A stretch of 64,000 bases of DNA from Macrostomum lignano (GCA_002269645.1 NIVC01001445.1:186001-250000), one strand, 5' to 3'. Counted from the first letter of the stretch, positions 1-13,400 are shown. The notes: generated by a model from the sequence alone, not told the origin. Translations and numbers: made by a program.

Positions 1-410
1 CTAAACTCAGGCTACCACTAATTAGAGATGTCATCACGTGACTAAACTCAGGCTATCACTATTTAGAGATGTCATCACGTGACTAAACTCAGGCTATCAC
101 TATTTAGAGATGTCATCACGTGACTAACTCAGGCTATCACTATTTAGAGATGTCATCACGTGACTAACTCAGGCTATCACTATTTAGAGATGTCATCACG
201 TGACTAACTCAGGCTATCACTATTTATAGATGTCATCACGTGACTAACTCAGGCTATCACTATTTAGAGATGTCATCACGTGACTAACTCAGGCTATCAC
301 TATTTAGAGATGTCATCACGTGACCAACTCAGGCTATCACTATTTAGAGATGTCATCACGCGACTAAACTCAGCCTACTACCAATTAGAGATGCCACGTC
401 ACGTGACGCG
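1..410. repeat. 40-41 bp tandem minisatellite (ctaactcaggctatcactatttagagatgtcatcacgtga), about 9-10 copies
   Basis: Period of 40 is directly visible from 121 onward; each unit contains TCACGTGA. Confidence 0.95.
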
Positions 411-907
411 ACTCAATTCAAATCTCGGGCTCATGCAAGTAAAACATCCGGAAAATTAAAAAGCCACCTAATTGGCAGCCGAATGAACCGCTTGAAGAAC
501 CCAAAATTTATACTACTAATAGTAAGAGCTGGACAGACATTATGCAAAAACATGGAAAATAACTAACAAAAGCCAGATACCTGTAAAACTGACTCCAAAT
601 AAAGGTGTAGTGGCACAAATATACGCAATACAAAGCCAAGACAATTAACTGAAAGATGCTGGTCAGTCTTAAACATCAAATATACAAAATAAAACTGAAG
701 TCAAACAGTGACACAGGAAATAAAGAGGATAAATTCAGTGTTGAAAGCCAGCGAAAGAATAGCGGATACACAGTCTGAACAGACAAGCGGGCGCTGAGTG
801 CACGAGACTTTTGTTTGCTTTTTTGTTTTCCGATTCAAGACAAAAATGCGCTCGTTTGATTGACATGTGCGGGTAGAGCTGCTCGGCTGTCAGCGTGGCG
901 AGGTAAG

Positions 908-1401
908 ATCGGGATTGGGCTGGGATGGATTGGGCTGAGATGGATTGGGCTGTGATAGATTGGGCTGAGCTGGATTGGGCTGTGATAGATTGGGCTGAGA
1001 TGGATTGGGCTGTGATAGATTGGGCTGAGATGGATTGGGCTGAGATGGCTTGGGGCTTTGATGGATTGGGCTGAGATGGATTGGGCTGAGATGGCTTGGG
1101 GCTTTGATGGATTGGGGCTGTGATGGATTGGGGCTGTGATGGCTTGGGGCTTTGATGGATAGGGGCTGTGATGGCTTGGGGCTGTGATGGATTGGGATGT
1201 GATGGATTGGGGCTGTGATGGCTTTGTGGCTTTGATGGATAGGGGCTGTGATGGCTTGGGGCTGTGATGGATTGGGATGTGATAGATTGGGGCTGTGATG
1301 GCTTGGGGCTGTGATAGATTGGGGCTGTGATGGCTTGGGGCTGTGATGGATTCGGGCTGTGATGGATTGGGATGTGATAGATTGGGGCTGTGATGGATTG
1401 G

Positions 1402-1433
<32 letters not shown>

Positions 1434-1455
1434 CACAGAGACAGACAGACAGACA
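908..1455. repeat. ~15 bp gattggg(g)ctgtgatg minisatellite followed by (GACA)n
   Basis: Tandem units at 908-1403; (GACA)n at 1404-1455. Confidence 0.9.
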
Positions 1456-1575
1456 ACTAGATACAATAATACAGCAATGAAAGCAAGTTAAACCGATAAA
1501 ACTGCCAGCCCGCCAGAATCAAACCGACATCCCTTAAAAAAGCCGAGCAAAAAGCATCGCACACAGGCCATCCGG

Positions 1576-3084
1576 TTAGTTATAACTGGCCCGATAGCCG
1601 TTGTACTCCTGCATCGGGTACGGCTTTGGGTGGGGGCCCTGCTGCCGGCCGTCAGCCTGCGGGATGGTGAGTTCGGATTTCTTATATGCAAATGCACATA
1701 GCGAATAGACTTGGGATCAGCGGCTCCAATGCTGCAATTTTAAACTCGATTCGCTGCAGGGGTCGGAAACTTCAAGTATTTCTGCCGCAGCTCAGAACTT
1801 TCTAATTGTCGAAGCCTTGATAGTTGCTGGTCACTTTTGCTAGTTGCTGGTCACTTCTGCTAGTTGCTGGTCACTTCTGCTAGTTGCTGGTCACTTCTGC
1901 TAGTTGCTGATCACTTCTGCTAGTTGCTGGTCACTTCTGCTAGTTGCTGATCACTTCTGCTAGTTGCTGGTCACTTCTGCTAGTTGCTGGTCACTTCTGC
2001 TAGTTGCTGGTCACTTCTGCTAGTTGCTGGTCACTTCTGCTAGTTGCTGGTCACTTCTGCTAGTTGCTGGTCACTTCTGCTAGTTGCTGGTCACTTCTGC
2101 TAGTTGCTGGTCACTTCTGCTAGTTGCTGGTCACTTCTGCTAGTTGCTGGTCACTTCTGCTAGTTGCTGGTCACTTCTGCTAGTTGCTGGTCACTTCTGC
2201 TAGTTGCTGATCACTTCTGCTAGTTGCTGATCACTTCTGCTAGTTGCTAACCGCAGCTAACTTAACTTAACTTTTGGCGTCCAATTAATAAAACCCAGTT
2301 CAGAATGTTGTTGATTTGAAAATAAAACAAAAGAAATGAAAACCATACTGCTGACAAAGTGAAAACAGCAGTAGTATAAATTAATTCATTTTCAGAGAAG
2401 CTGCTCACAGACTGATGATGAGGATTATAGGCGCGCTGATTAGCCGCGGCCGGAAGCTGCTGCAGCCTCATCCGCTTGGCGGCCGGTTCGCAGGTTGATG
2501 AAGCGGAAAGCTGCTGCTGCTGCTGCTGCAGAAGCAGAGCTTGCTGGTGGCTCTGCTGGTACTGCTGCAGGCTGGCGTGCACTGGCTGCGACTGCTGCTG
2601 CTGCAAGTTGAAGAATTGGAAGATGCTTAACAATATCCGAGCAGTTTGAGCACAGTATTATTTTGGAATAAAAGTGACAAAGCAGTGAGAAGCCGGCACC
2701 ATCAGCAAGCACCGCACTGTGCATTGGTCGGAGCGTAAAATTATTTTTGGTAAACAAAAAACAATAATCATGGCGCTAAAGCAGAATACAAATACAAAAG
2801 ATTAAAATCCTTGAGCCGCTTTGTTCTTATAAAAAGTTTCGAACTAAATAAAAGCTTTGACGAAAGGGAAAAATTGAAACACAAAACCAGCTGCTTGAAA
2901 TTTACCTGCTTAATTTGCTTTGCTGTCTGCCTGCCTCCCTGTCTATCTGACTCCGTGCCTTCTGTCTGTCTGTCTGTCTGTCTGGTCTGCCTGTCTGTCT
3001 GTCTGTCTGTCTGTGTGTGTGTCTGTCTGTCTGTCTGTCTGTCTGTGTGTCTGTCTGTCTGTCTGTGTGTCTGGTCTGTCTGCC

Positions 3085-3143
<59 letters not shown>

Positions 3144-3185
3144 GTGTCTGTCTGTCTGTCTGTCTGTGTGTCTGGTCTGTCTGCC

Positions 3186-3246
<61 letters not shown>

Positions 3247-3254
3247 GGTCTGCC

Positions 3255-3305
<51 letters not shown>

Positions 3306-3357
3306 GTGTCTGTCTGTCTGTCTGTCTGTGTGTCTGGTCTGTCTGTCTGTGTGTCTG

Positions 3358-3425
<68 letters not shown>

Positions 3426-6400
3426 GGTCTGTCTGTCTGTCTGGTCTGTCTGTCTGTCTGTCTGGTCTGTCTGTCTCACCCCAGAATTACCAAACTGCTG
3501 TTGCAGTGAAATCTGCCAAAACTGCCGCAATTCGCCCCAGCGTCGAAGCGATGCGGCAGCTGCTGCTGCGAGCAGATGGGTCTCTGCTGTTGCTGGGACG
3601 CCACAGCGAGATGGCGACCGCGGCTGGCAAAGTGAAGCTGGGCCAAGCAGGGACATAGATGGCAGCGAGAGCGATGCAATTGGTGCAGAATGCTCATACA
3701 AATGACTACGTGGCAATGACAGGTACAGACTACTGAATAAATGTGAAGACAACTTCACAAACAACTTTAAAAGCGCTACAAAATAAAAAGTTGATGATGA
3801 AGATTACTTTGATGAAAGCTTTTAATTTGCGAGTAATATATTTAAGACAATCGTTAGTTCACGTTGAGATTGTAAAAACTGCTTCCACCCCAGTATATTG
3901 CATGAGAGGACCGCTCCTACTCCTCCAGCATATCGGTCAAGAGGATTTGGAATAACTGAATAAGAGCTGAGCATTGAGAGTAATGCAAAATCAGTGCAAA
4001 TCAGCTTCAAGCAACACAATTTAAATGGCAATGCAAAGAGAAACAACACAAAAGTACAGTTAGAAAATGCACAGAAAAATGGGAAAACCGAATTATAAAT
4101 TCTGAGATCAGTGCGCTCACCCTGGCAGGGTCATCCTTGTTGTCCGAGCTGTCGCTGATAAAGTCCCGCTTGCCGTACGGAATGTCGAAGCCGTTAAAGA
4201 CGTCAGCGGCCGGCCGCGGCTCCTCTAGGAAATACCTGCGATCAGAGGTGTCAGCCTGTCAGCGTGTCTAGTAATTACTCGTAAGATTAAAGAGTCAAAT
4301 CACCAACTATTGTATCAATCTATCAATTATTGCATCAGATGATCAATCAATCAATGTATCAATTATTGCATTAGGTGATCAATCAATCAATCTATCAATT
4401 ATTGCATCAGATGATCAATCAATCAATGTATCAATTATTGCATCAGATGATCAATCAATCAATGTATCAATTATTGCATTAGGTGATCAATCAATCAATC
4501 TATCAATTATTGCATCAGATGATCAATCAATCAATCTATCAATTATTGCATCAGATGATCAATCAATCAATGTATCAATTATTGCATTAGGTGATCAATC
4601 AATCAATCTATCAATTATTGCATCAGATTGAAGTGAAACGAAGGCGCCGTTAGCAAGAGGATGGGAGAAATCAGCCGACACGCGCGTGATGCGTGAACAA
4701 GCATCCAGCCCTGGCAGCAACTCCCCAGATGCACAAGATCTGCATGCCTAAAAATAGTCCTGATGATCGGCGAGCAAGAAGCCCAGCCATGCGACCCTCG
4801 CGTGATGCATGCACAACCTCTGACCGACACTGCCTATTGGGCCTCGAAATCCCACTCTCTCCCCCTACTGCTCCTATTCCTCGTTGCTCGCGTACACAGT
4901 GTGCTAGCTTATAAAATATACTGATTGAAGAGGAAAGATCCTCGCCTGAAGTTTGAGAATGTGACTCTAGAGATCACACAGAGAAAGTTACCATCGAGGT
5001 CCATTGTTCGTTGTCTTCCTGAACTGTTGGCAGAAGGAAACGATAATATGGGAAAACCCATATAAATTGTCGTTTCAAGATGATCAATCAATCAATCAAT
5101 CAATTATTGCATCAAATGATCAACCAAACAATCAATCAATTATTGCATTAGGTTATCAATCAATCAATCTATCAATTATTGCATCAGATGATCAATCAAT
5201 CAATGTATCAATTATTGCATTAGGTGATCAATCAATCAATCTATCAATTATTGCATCAGATGATCAATCAATCAATGTATCAATTATTGCATTAGGTGAT
5301 CAATCAATCAATCTATCAATTATTGCATCAGATGATCAATCAATCAATCAATCAATTATTGCATCAAATGATCAACCAACCAATCAATCAATTATTGCAT
5401 CAGGTGATCAACCAACCAATCAATCAATTATTGCATTAGGTGATCAATCAATCAATCAATTATTGCATCAGGTGATCAACCAATCAATCAAGTATTGCAT
5501 CAGGTGATCAACCAATCAATCAATCAATCAATTATTGCATCAGATGATCAATCAATCAATCAATCAATTATTGCATCAGATGATCAATCAATCAATCAAT
5601 CAATTATTGCATCAGATGATCAATCAATCAATCAATCAATTATTGCATCAGATGATCAATCAATCAATCTATCAAGTATTGCATCAGGTGATCAACCAAC
5701 CAATCAATCAATCAATTATTGCATCAGGTGATCAACCAATCAATTAATCAATTATTGCATTAGGTGATCAATCAATCAATCAATTATTGCATTAGGTGAT
5801 CAACCAATCAATCAAGTATTGCATCAGGTGATCAACCAACCAATCAATCAATTATTGCATCAGGTGATCAACCAATCAATGTGTAATTGCATCACATGAT
5901 CAGTCAAACAATGATTGCATCACAGAATCAATCAAATCTATCAATCAGACCCACCTGTCCTCCAGAGCCTCCCTGGCGCTGGGCCGCCGCAGGGGGTCCA
6001 TAGCTAGCAGGCGGCTGAGCAGGCGGAACTCGGGCGAGGTCTCCGACATGCCGAAGCTGCGGCTCATGTGCCGGCCCAGGCTGAAGCGGGCGTACTGCTG
6101 CCCGGTGCCAAAGTTGCGCACAAGGTCGCCGTACTTCGGCAGGTGCGGCAGGTCCCGCCAGTCCTGCTGGCTGGGGAAGCCCATGACGCTGAAGATTCGC
6201 TCCAGCTGGTCGCGGTTGTACGGACTGCTGGTCTTGATGTCCTCCTCCTGCTTGCAGTAGAACAGCGGCTTGTCGGTGATGAGCTCCGCCATGATGCAGC
6301 CGATGGCCCACAGGTCAATGGCCTTCGTGTAGTGCCGTGCCCCCAGCAGCAGCTCCGGCGCCCTGTACCAGAAGGTCACCACCACAGGGTCGATCTCCGT

Positions 6401-7539
6401 TAGTGGAGTCAGCGGCTGGTGAAACAGGCGCGCCAAGCCCAGGTCTGCGATCTTAACGCGGCCGCGCTCCGGCGAGGTGGTACCCATCACCAGGATGTTG
6501 GCCGGCTGGGAGATGCGCGAGGGAGCGGAGATGCAGTGAGGGAGGGAGCGGAGATGCAGTGAGGGAGGGAGCGGATATGCAGGGAGGGAGGGAGCGGAGA
6601 TGCAGTGAGGGAGGGAGGGAGCGGATATGCAGGGAGGGAGGGAATGAGCGGAGATGCAGGGAGGGAGGGAGCGGAGATGCAGTGAGGGAGGGAATGAGCG
6701 GAGATGCAGGGAGGGAGGGAGCGGATATGCAGGGAGGGAGGGAATGAGCGGAGATGCAGGGAGGGAGGGAGCGGAGATGCAGTGAGGGAAGGGCGGAGAT
6801 GCAGTGAGGGAAGGGCGGAGATGCAGTGAGGGAAGGGCGGATATGCAGTGAGGGAAGGGCGGAGATGCAGTGAGGGAAGGGCGGAGATGCAGTGAGGGAA
6901 GGGCGGAGATGCAGTGAGGGAGGGAACGGATATCATCAAGAGGCAAGAAATCGCAGACAGCCTTACCTTCAGGTCCCTGTGCAGCACCCAGTTGGAGTGC
7001 AGGTAGTGGATGCCGCAGAGAATCTGGTGCATGATGCTCTTAGTGAAATTTGGCGGCAGGCTGACCTGGCTGTTGCACTTCTTGGCGCTGGCGTGAAAGT
7101 TGATCATGCGCCACAAGTCGTGCTCGGCGTAGTCGAACAGCAGCCAGATCTGGCGGGTCTCGTGAGCCAGGTAGACCTGCTTCAGCGAGATCACGTTGGG
7201 GTGCTTCAGCTCGCGCAGCAGGGCGATCTCGCGGCACGCGGACATGGAGAGGCCGCTGCCTTCGATCTGCTTGAGCGCGTAGTCGCCAGCGGGTGCGTCG
7301 GCGCAGCTCCTCGGCTTGGTCTTGAACACCTGGCCGTAGCTGCCGCGGCCCACTTTGCGGCCTTCGAATTCAAAGGCGTCTTCGACTCGCTCGCGCCGGG
7401 CGGACAGCTGGCGACGAAAATCCGCGTCCATCCAGGCCCGCGGCTGCTTGCCGGCCTGCGGCTGCTGGGAAGATGAGCATAATGATGAAGAGGAGGCTGG
7501 GACCGCCGGCTTCGCCTGCTGCTGCCGCTGCGAATTCAT
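1576..7539 (-). CDS. CDK8: Cyclin-dependent kinase 8 (Mediator kinase), spliced
   Basis: GT-AG exons 6967-7539, 5955-6505, 4121-4235, 2409-2600 and 1576-1656, plus a tentative phase-0 exon at 3491-3637; phases are compatible. CDK8/19 hallmarks: [43 protein letters not shown]|[51 protein letters not shown], and a Q-rich tail with AKRMRL. The 3' exons are less certain than the kinase exons. Confidence 0.95.
1821..2248. repeat. 20 bp tandem repeat (tagttgctggtcacttctgc), about 21 copies, intronic
   Basis: Near-perfect period of 20. Confidence 0.97.
2960..3476. repeat. (GTCT)n microsatellite, intronic
   Basis: Direct inspection. Confidence 0.97.
4300..5945. repeat. ATCA-rich ~33-37 bp minisatellite (tattgcatcagatgatcaatcaatc..), split by a solo LTR
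   Basis: Arrays at ~4300-4628 and 5078-5945. Confidence 0.9.
4629..5077. mobile_element. Solo LTR (449 bp) in CDK8 intron 2
   Basis: Unique sequence with TGAAG...TTTCA ends, flanked by a 4-bp TSD AGAT (4625-4628 and 5078-5081) that interrupts a minisatellite unit; TATA-like ttataaaa near 4910. Confidence 0.75.
6520..6925. repeat. GA-rich ~21 bp minisatellite (gagggaagggcggagatgcagt) in CDK8 intron 1
   Basis: Direct inspection. Confidence 0.92.
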
Positions 7540-7613
7540 GCGGACCGCCTAGCCGATCTGGGGGAGCAAGTTTCAATGATGGGACATTTACTAGGAAAAT
7601 GCGCGCCTTGCTT

Positions 7614-7976
7614 TTTTTTTAGAGGCAGGGGGGTTGTGTGCACCCTGGCGCACTTTAAGCGACATAGGCACACAACCGGTGAGAGGCATTACTGCCCATT
7701 CCGCCGACTCCCCTGAGCAGGCACACAAGCGCGCGGATACGTACGCAGGCACACACACACACACAGGAGTGTACAGCGGCCCTAACTTTATATTATCGTT
7801 AGGCATGTACACTTCACTGTGCCTTGGGGGGTTGGCTCTCAAGGCCGTTAATTGCACGAGCAGAGCCAAGCCGAGATTCCAATTCAGCCCCAAATTAATG
7901 TGACTGCACTTGGAATCGAGCCTGGGTCGCTGGCACACCAGAGCCTGCGCTAGACCGCTGGGCTACGGCTCCCCTT
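7614..7976 (-). mobile_element. tRNA-derived SINE with poly(A) tail and 35-bp flanking direct repeat
   Basis: The minus strand begins GGGGAGCCGTAGCCCAGCGGTCTAGCGC, with an A box at 7955-7965 and a B box GGCTCGATTCC at 7912-7922, and ends in an A-run at ~7612-7620. Identical 35-mers lie at 7579-7613 and 7977-8011. Confidence 0.85.
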
Positions 7977-8089
7977 ATGGGACATTTACTAGGAAAATGC
8001 GCGCCTTGCTTAATACAAGTAGAACTGCTGGTTATTGCTACTTTCTTGCTTAGAAGCCATAAGTTACGTATGTAGAATAAACATCCAGG

Positions 8090-9545
8090 ACACAGAGATA
8101 GACAGCTAGGACACTGAGATAGACAGATAGGACACTGAGATAGACAGCTAGGACACAGAGATAGACACGTAGGATACTGAGATAGACCTCTAGGACACTG
8201 AGATAGACCCTAGGACACTGAGATAAACAGATAGGACACTGAGATAGACAGATAGGACACTGAGGTAGACAGCTAGGACACTGAGATAGACAGCTAGGAC
8301 ACTGAGATAGACAGATAGGACACTGAGATAGACAGCTAGGACACTGAGATAGACAGATAGGACACTGAGATAGACAGATAGGACACAGAGATAGACAGCT
8401 AGGACACTGAGATAGACAGATAGGACACTGAGATAGACAGATAGGACACAGAGATAGACCTCTAGGACACTGAGATAAACAGATAGGACACTGAGATAGA
8501 CAGATAGGACACTAAGATAGACAGATAGGACACTGAGATAGACAGCTAGGACACAGAGATAGACACGTAGGATACTGAGATAGACCTCTAGGACACTGAG
8601 ATAGACCCTAGGACACTGAGATAAACAGATAGGACACTGAGGTAGACAGCTAGGACACTAAGATAGACAGATAGGACACTGAGGTAGACAGCTAGGAAAC
8701 TGAGATAGACAGATAGGACACTGAGATACGAGTGTAGACACCCAGGAAACTGAGATAGACACCTAGGAAACTGAGATAGACAGATAGGACACTAAGATAC
8801 GAGCGTAGACACCCAGGAAACTGAGATAGACACCTAAAACACTGAGATAGACAGCTAGGACACTAAGATACGAGCGTAGACACCCAGGAAACTGAGATAG
8901 ACACCTAGGAAACTGAGATAGACAGATAGGACACTAAGATACGAGCGTAGACACCCAGGAAACTGAGATAGACACCTAGGAAACTGAGATAGACAGATAG
9001 GACACTAAGATACGAGCGTAGACACCCAGGAAACTGAGATAGACACCTAGGAAACTGAGATAGACAGATAGGACACTAAGATACGAGCGTAGACACCCAG
9101 GAAACTGAGATAGACACCTAGGAAACTGAGATAGACAGATAGGACACTGAGATAGACAGCTAGGACACTGAGATAGACACCTAGGAAACTGAGATAGACA
9201 GCTAGGACACTGAGGTAGACAGCTAGGACACTGAAATAGACACCTAGGACACTGAGATAGACACCTAGGAAACTGAGATAGACAGATAGGACACTGAGAT
9301 AGACACCTAGGACACTGAGATAGACACCCAGGAAACTGAGATAGACACCTAGGAAACTGAGATAGACAGCTAGGACACTGAGATAGACACCTAGGACACT
9401 GAGATAGACAGCTAGGACACTAAGATACGAGCGTAGACACCCAGGAAACTGAGATAGACACCTAGGAAACTGAGATAGACAGATAGGACACTGAGATAGG
9501 CACCTAGGACACTGAGATAGACAGATAGGAGATAGACAGACTGAG
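8090..9545. repeat. 21 bp minisatellite (gacactgagatagacagctag) with a 71-bp higher-order repeat
   Basis: The variant ctaagatacgagcg recurs at 8792, 8863, 8934, 9005 and 9076. Confidence 0.95.
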
Positions 9546-10437
9546 ATAAACCATCATTGAAGAAGTATACAAAACTAGATATCAATGTGATAAAAAACAA
9601 AAAACATCAATATTATAATTAAAACACGGAACAAGGTAATGAAAATGTATATTTATAAATATTTCATATATATATATATATAGGCAAACACTAAACTAAT
9701 CAAATAGTAAGCAGGAGCCTTGGTGTCCCATGGCCAAGACTTGAGCCAGTCTGAGGTACAAGGTGAGGGGAGCTTCTCTCAAACATGTTGTTGATAAGAA
9801 ACGGAAAGTTCGCGCAATGCTCAAATCAGGTTACTAGAGAAAGTAGGATGTGCTGGGTAGGCAGGTATTAATTATAATTATCTAATAAATAGCAAAGTCT
9901 GCCAACATTTATGCAAAGCTTCTATGACGCTTTGGAAGCGATTGTAAAAATATTAAAAGTTGATTAAGAGGCAGTTTATTCAGTAGAGTTTTTTATGATC
10001 CGAGTCATAACGCACTCGATGACCCCAGACTGAGGTGCAGGCGGTGAATTCGGCAATAAGCTTTTATACAATGGAGAGAAATTATACAGTTACAAAGAAA
10101 TTTTATGGGAATAAAACAAGCACTAAAAAACTCCACAAATAAATTGAAGCAATAGTCGGACTACACTACTGCAGAAGTCTGTGAGTAGTAAAGTGCATAG
10201 CTCATATTACATAGGCCATATTACTATAAATAAATACCAAAAACCTTGAATATTTTATCCGAATAATACTTGCAAAGGAACCCGGGGAAACCGCACGGAC
10301 TAAACGCGAATTTGAACTTTTCTATTAGGCAATAAACTGCTTTCACAAGATTCCGTCTGTTCAGAATGAAAGATTTCGTAGTTGCAACCTCATAAATTGC
10401 ATTGCAGCTCAGCACATGAAGAAGGAAGCAGCCGGCT

Positions 10438-13400
10438 CTACTCGCGATATTCCTGAGCGGCGGCCATGGCGGCAGTCTCGAGAATGTCGGACAGCAGCAG
10501 GGAGCCGTCGTCCAGCACAAGGGCGGACTCGGCCGGCTCCGCAGCTACTGAAGAATCGCCGGCGGTTGCCGCGTTGCTGACAATGTCCGACGCCGACGAG
10601 GTGGCAGCGGAGGACGAGGCGGACGACATCTCAGCCTGCCGGTGCCGTCGCAGCGCCCGCCGCTGATCTCGGCGCCGCAGCTGGCGGCAGCGATTTTCGA
10701 ATTGTCGAGCCCGACGTCGGAAATCGGCGGCGGTGGCAGCCGCCGTAGCCGCCGGCGACAGGCCGCCAGACAAGCCGACAGGCGGGGGCGTCGCCCAGCC
10801 GACGGAGACGACCACAACGTCGCTGTCCGCGCTGTCCTCTGAATCTTCACGCGGCGGCGAAGGCGGCTCCCACTGCCGTCGCCTGCGACGACGAACGAAG
10901 CCGGACGTTGAGGGCTTTGGTCGAGTCGACGCGTTGCCGTCGGTCGGCTGATTGTCTTCAACGAAGTCGCCGAAGCCGCTGGTGGACGGCCCAACTGTTT
11001 GACCATCGCCCTCGATACTCAGCATCTCCGGACAGCAGCGGCGCCGAAGCCAGGAGGCCCCGACGCTCGGACTTGACCCGCTGGCCGGTGTCTGCCTCGT
11101 CAGCGGAGTCTTCCTCATCGGCGGCGGCCTCGGACTGATGGGGGTTCGCTCCTCCCACGGCCGCTCGTAGCCGACGATGACGCAGGAGTCGCTGTCGCTG
11201 GCCGGACCGTCGGCATCTGCGGCGGCGTCTTCACCACCGTCGCGATCGCGCTCTTCGCCGTCTGAGCTGCCGGTCTCGGAGCTGTCCGAGTCGCTGACGG
11301 CGGCCGAAGTTGACAGGGACGCCGCCCTCACCGAATCGGAGATCGTGAGCTCGCCGGTGGCGTTTGCCACGCTGGTGGGCACGTTGTCATCGTCGCTGAT
11401 CATCTCCACGATCACCTGCGGCGCATCGGCGGCGGGCCGGCCCGAGTCCGCACTGGCCGCGTCGTTTTGGACCCCCTTGCCGTCGTTTGTTGACTCTGGT
11501 AGCCGCTGGTCCGGCTGCGGATTGCCGTAGGTCCAGGAGTTGGCATCGAAAAAGTGCACCTCGCCGTAGGGCCAGGCAGCGGCGCCCGAATCGTCCAGCA
11601 GGTTGGCCGGCGGTGGGCCGAGAGGCGGCGCCGGGTGCTGCGGCTGCCTGTGCGACCGCCTGCCCGAGACCGCAGCCGGCCAGGGACTCTGCGGGCGCAG
11701 GTGGCGGATGATGCCGCTCAGCAGGTAGTCGTCGGCTTCGTCATCGGCAGCCGGCGCCGGGCCGACAGACTGCGGCGGCAGCGGCGGCGGTGAAGGCGGC
11801 AGAGGGAACTGCTGATGCTGCGGCTGCGGCTGCTGGTACTGGGGCGAGTAGGCGTACAGGTCAAAGAGACCGCGCCAGGACGAAGAGGACTGCCGCTGCT
11901 GCTGCTGCTGCTGAGGCTGCTGTGGATGATGAGGCTGATAGGATACTCTGGGAAGCTGGAACTGTTGGCGATAGTGCTGCTGATGCGGTGGCTGCAGCGT
12001 GACTGTCTGGGGTTGGTACTGCAGAAAGTGGTAGTTGTGATGGTGCTGCGGCGGCAGCTGGGGCTCGGCATCATCCGGCTCCAGCGGGGTCGGTCCGGGC
12101 CGCTGGTTGCGGGCCACCCGGCGGAGCTCCTCGGACAGCGAGTCGGCATCGGCGTCGGTCAGCGGCGCCGGGGGAGGCGACGGCGCTTCGCGCACCGCGT
12201 AGACAACCGCCTGATCGTACTGGGCGATGGTCTCGTGTCGGGACCGGGCGAAGGCCAGCAGCTCGTCGCAGAAGTGGCGCCCGTTGCCGCCGAGATAGGC
12301 GGTCATGATGCGCTGAAACACGGCGGAGTCGATGCGGTGGTGCCGCACCAGGCGCAGGATGTGGTGCACGATGCGCTGCGCCACCATGGGGTCCGGGCAG
12401 CCGGCGCAGGACAGCTCGCGCAGAAGGAACGGCACGAGACGGTGACGCTGGGTCTCGCAGGTGTCGAAGGACGGGGACACGTCGCGGACAATGTCACCGT
12501 CTGGCTGGGTGGCTGAGGCCACCGGGTACATGCGGCGCTGGTACAGCAGGCGGCGGTTCCTGCGAATTTCCTCAGCCGATTCTGGGACGGCGGCGGCCGC
12601 ATCTGATGAGGCAGCGGCGGCTGATCCGGGTTGGTCGCCGCGAACGCGCATCTGGTACCGGAACTGCTGCCACCGGTGGTGCGCGGCCGGCGGGTGCGGA
12701 GGCAGCTGTGGGGGATCCGCAGGAAGCCGACATGGTGGCGGTGGTAGGCGCGTGCCGTCCGCCCGCGTCGCCAGCCTCGGCAGCTCCGGTGAGGTCGATG
12801 CGCATCTCCTCCAGGCCCGCCCGCTGCTGCCGGTGGTGCCTGGGGCCGCCGAACAGGTGCTGGTAGCCGAAGGCCGACCCGGCCCCGAAGTGGGGACCGT
12901 GGTCACCGCCGTCACCGGCTCCGCTGCTGGAACCGCCGCCTGCGCCACCGTTGTTTCTGGCGGCTGCAGCTGCCGCGGCGGCAGCGGCGGCGGCAGCCGG
13001 CGTGAAGGCCATCCGCGAGGCCACGGCGGCCATTGCGGCGGCGGCGGCGGCTGCGGCCGTATTGACGGGCACGGCGTACTCGTCATAGTCGTCGTCGGCT
13101 CGGACATTGTGAATGATGGAGCTGAAGGGCCGCTTGCACTGCGGGCACTCGGGCTTGCGCTTGGACCATTCTAGCAGGCAGGCGAAGCAGTAGCGGTGCA
13201 GGCAGGAGTACGCGTACGAGATGTTCTCCGGCTCCGACAGGCAGATGGCGCACCTGTCCGCCGGAGACAGCGGCCTCGGCGACATCTTGTTGACTGCGGC
13301 AGCGTTGGCGGCGGCTTCGGGATCGAGGCGGAGCAGCTTGCGAGGCGGCGGCGCCCGTTTGCGGTCTTCGCCACCGCCAGCGGGCGGCTGGGCGGCGGCG

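Noticed and set aside
735-3764. Long ORFs (SQPQ.., CLSV.., TDRQ..) of 190-270 aa
   Set aside because: They are translations of minisatellite and (GACA)n arrays lacking stops, inside or beyond CDK8 introns.
5004-6946. ORFs such as INQSII.. and SLPHCISAP..
   Set aside because: Repeat-derived; only 5955-6505 and 6967-7539 are bounded by splice sites and kinase-like.
7900-7976. Possible tRNA gene
   Set aside because: It has A and B boxes but no complete cloverleaf, and it continues into a body, A tail and TSD, so it is a SINE head.
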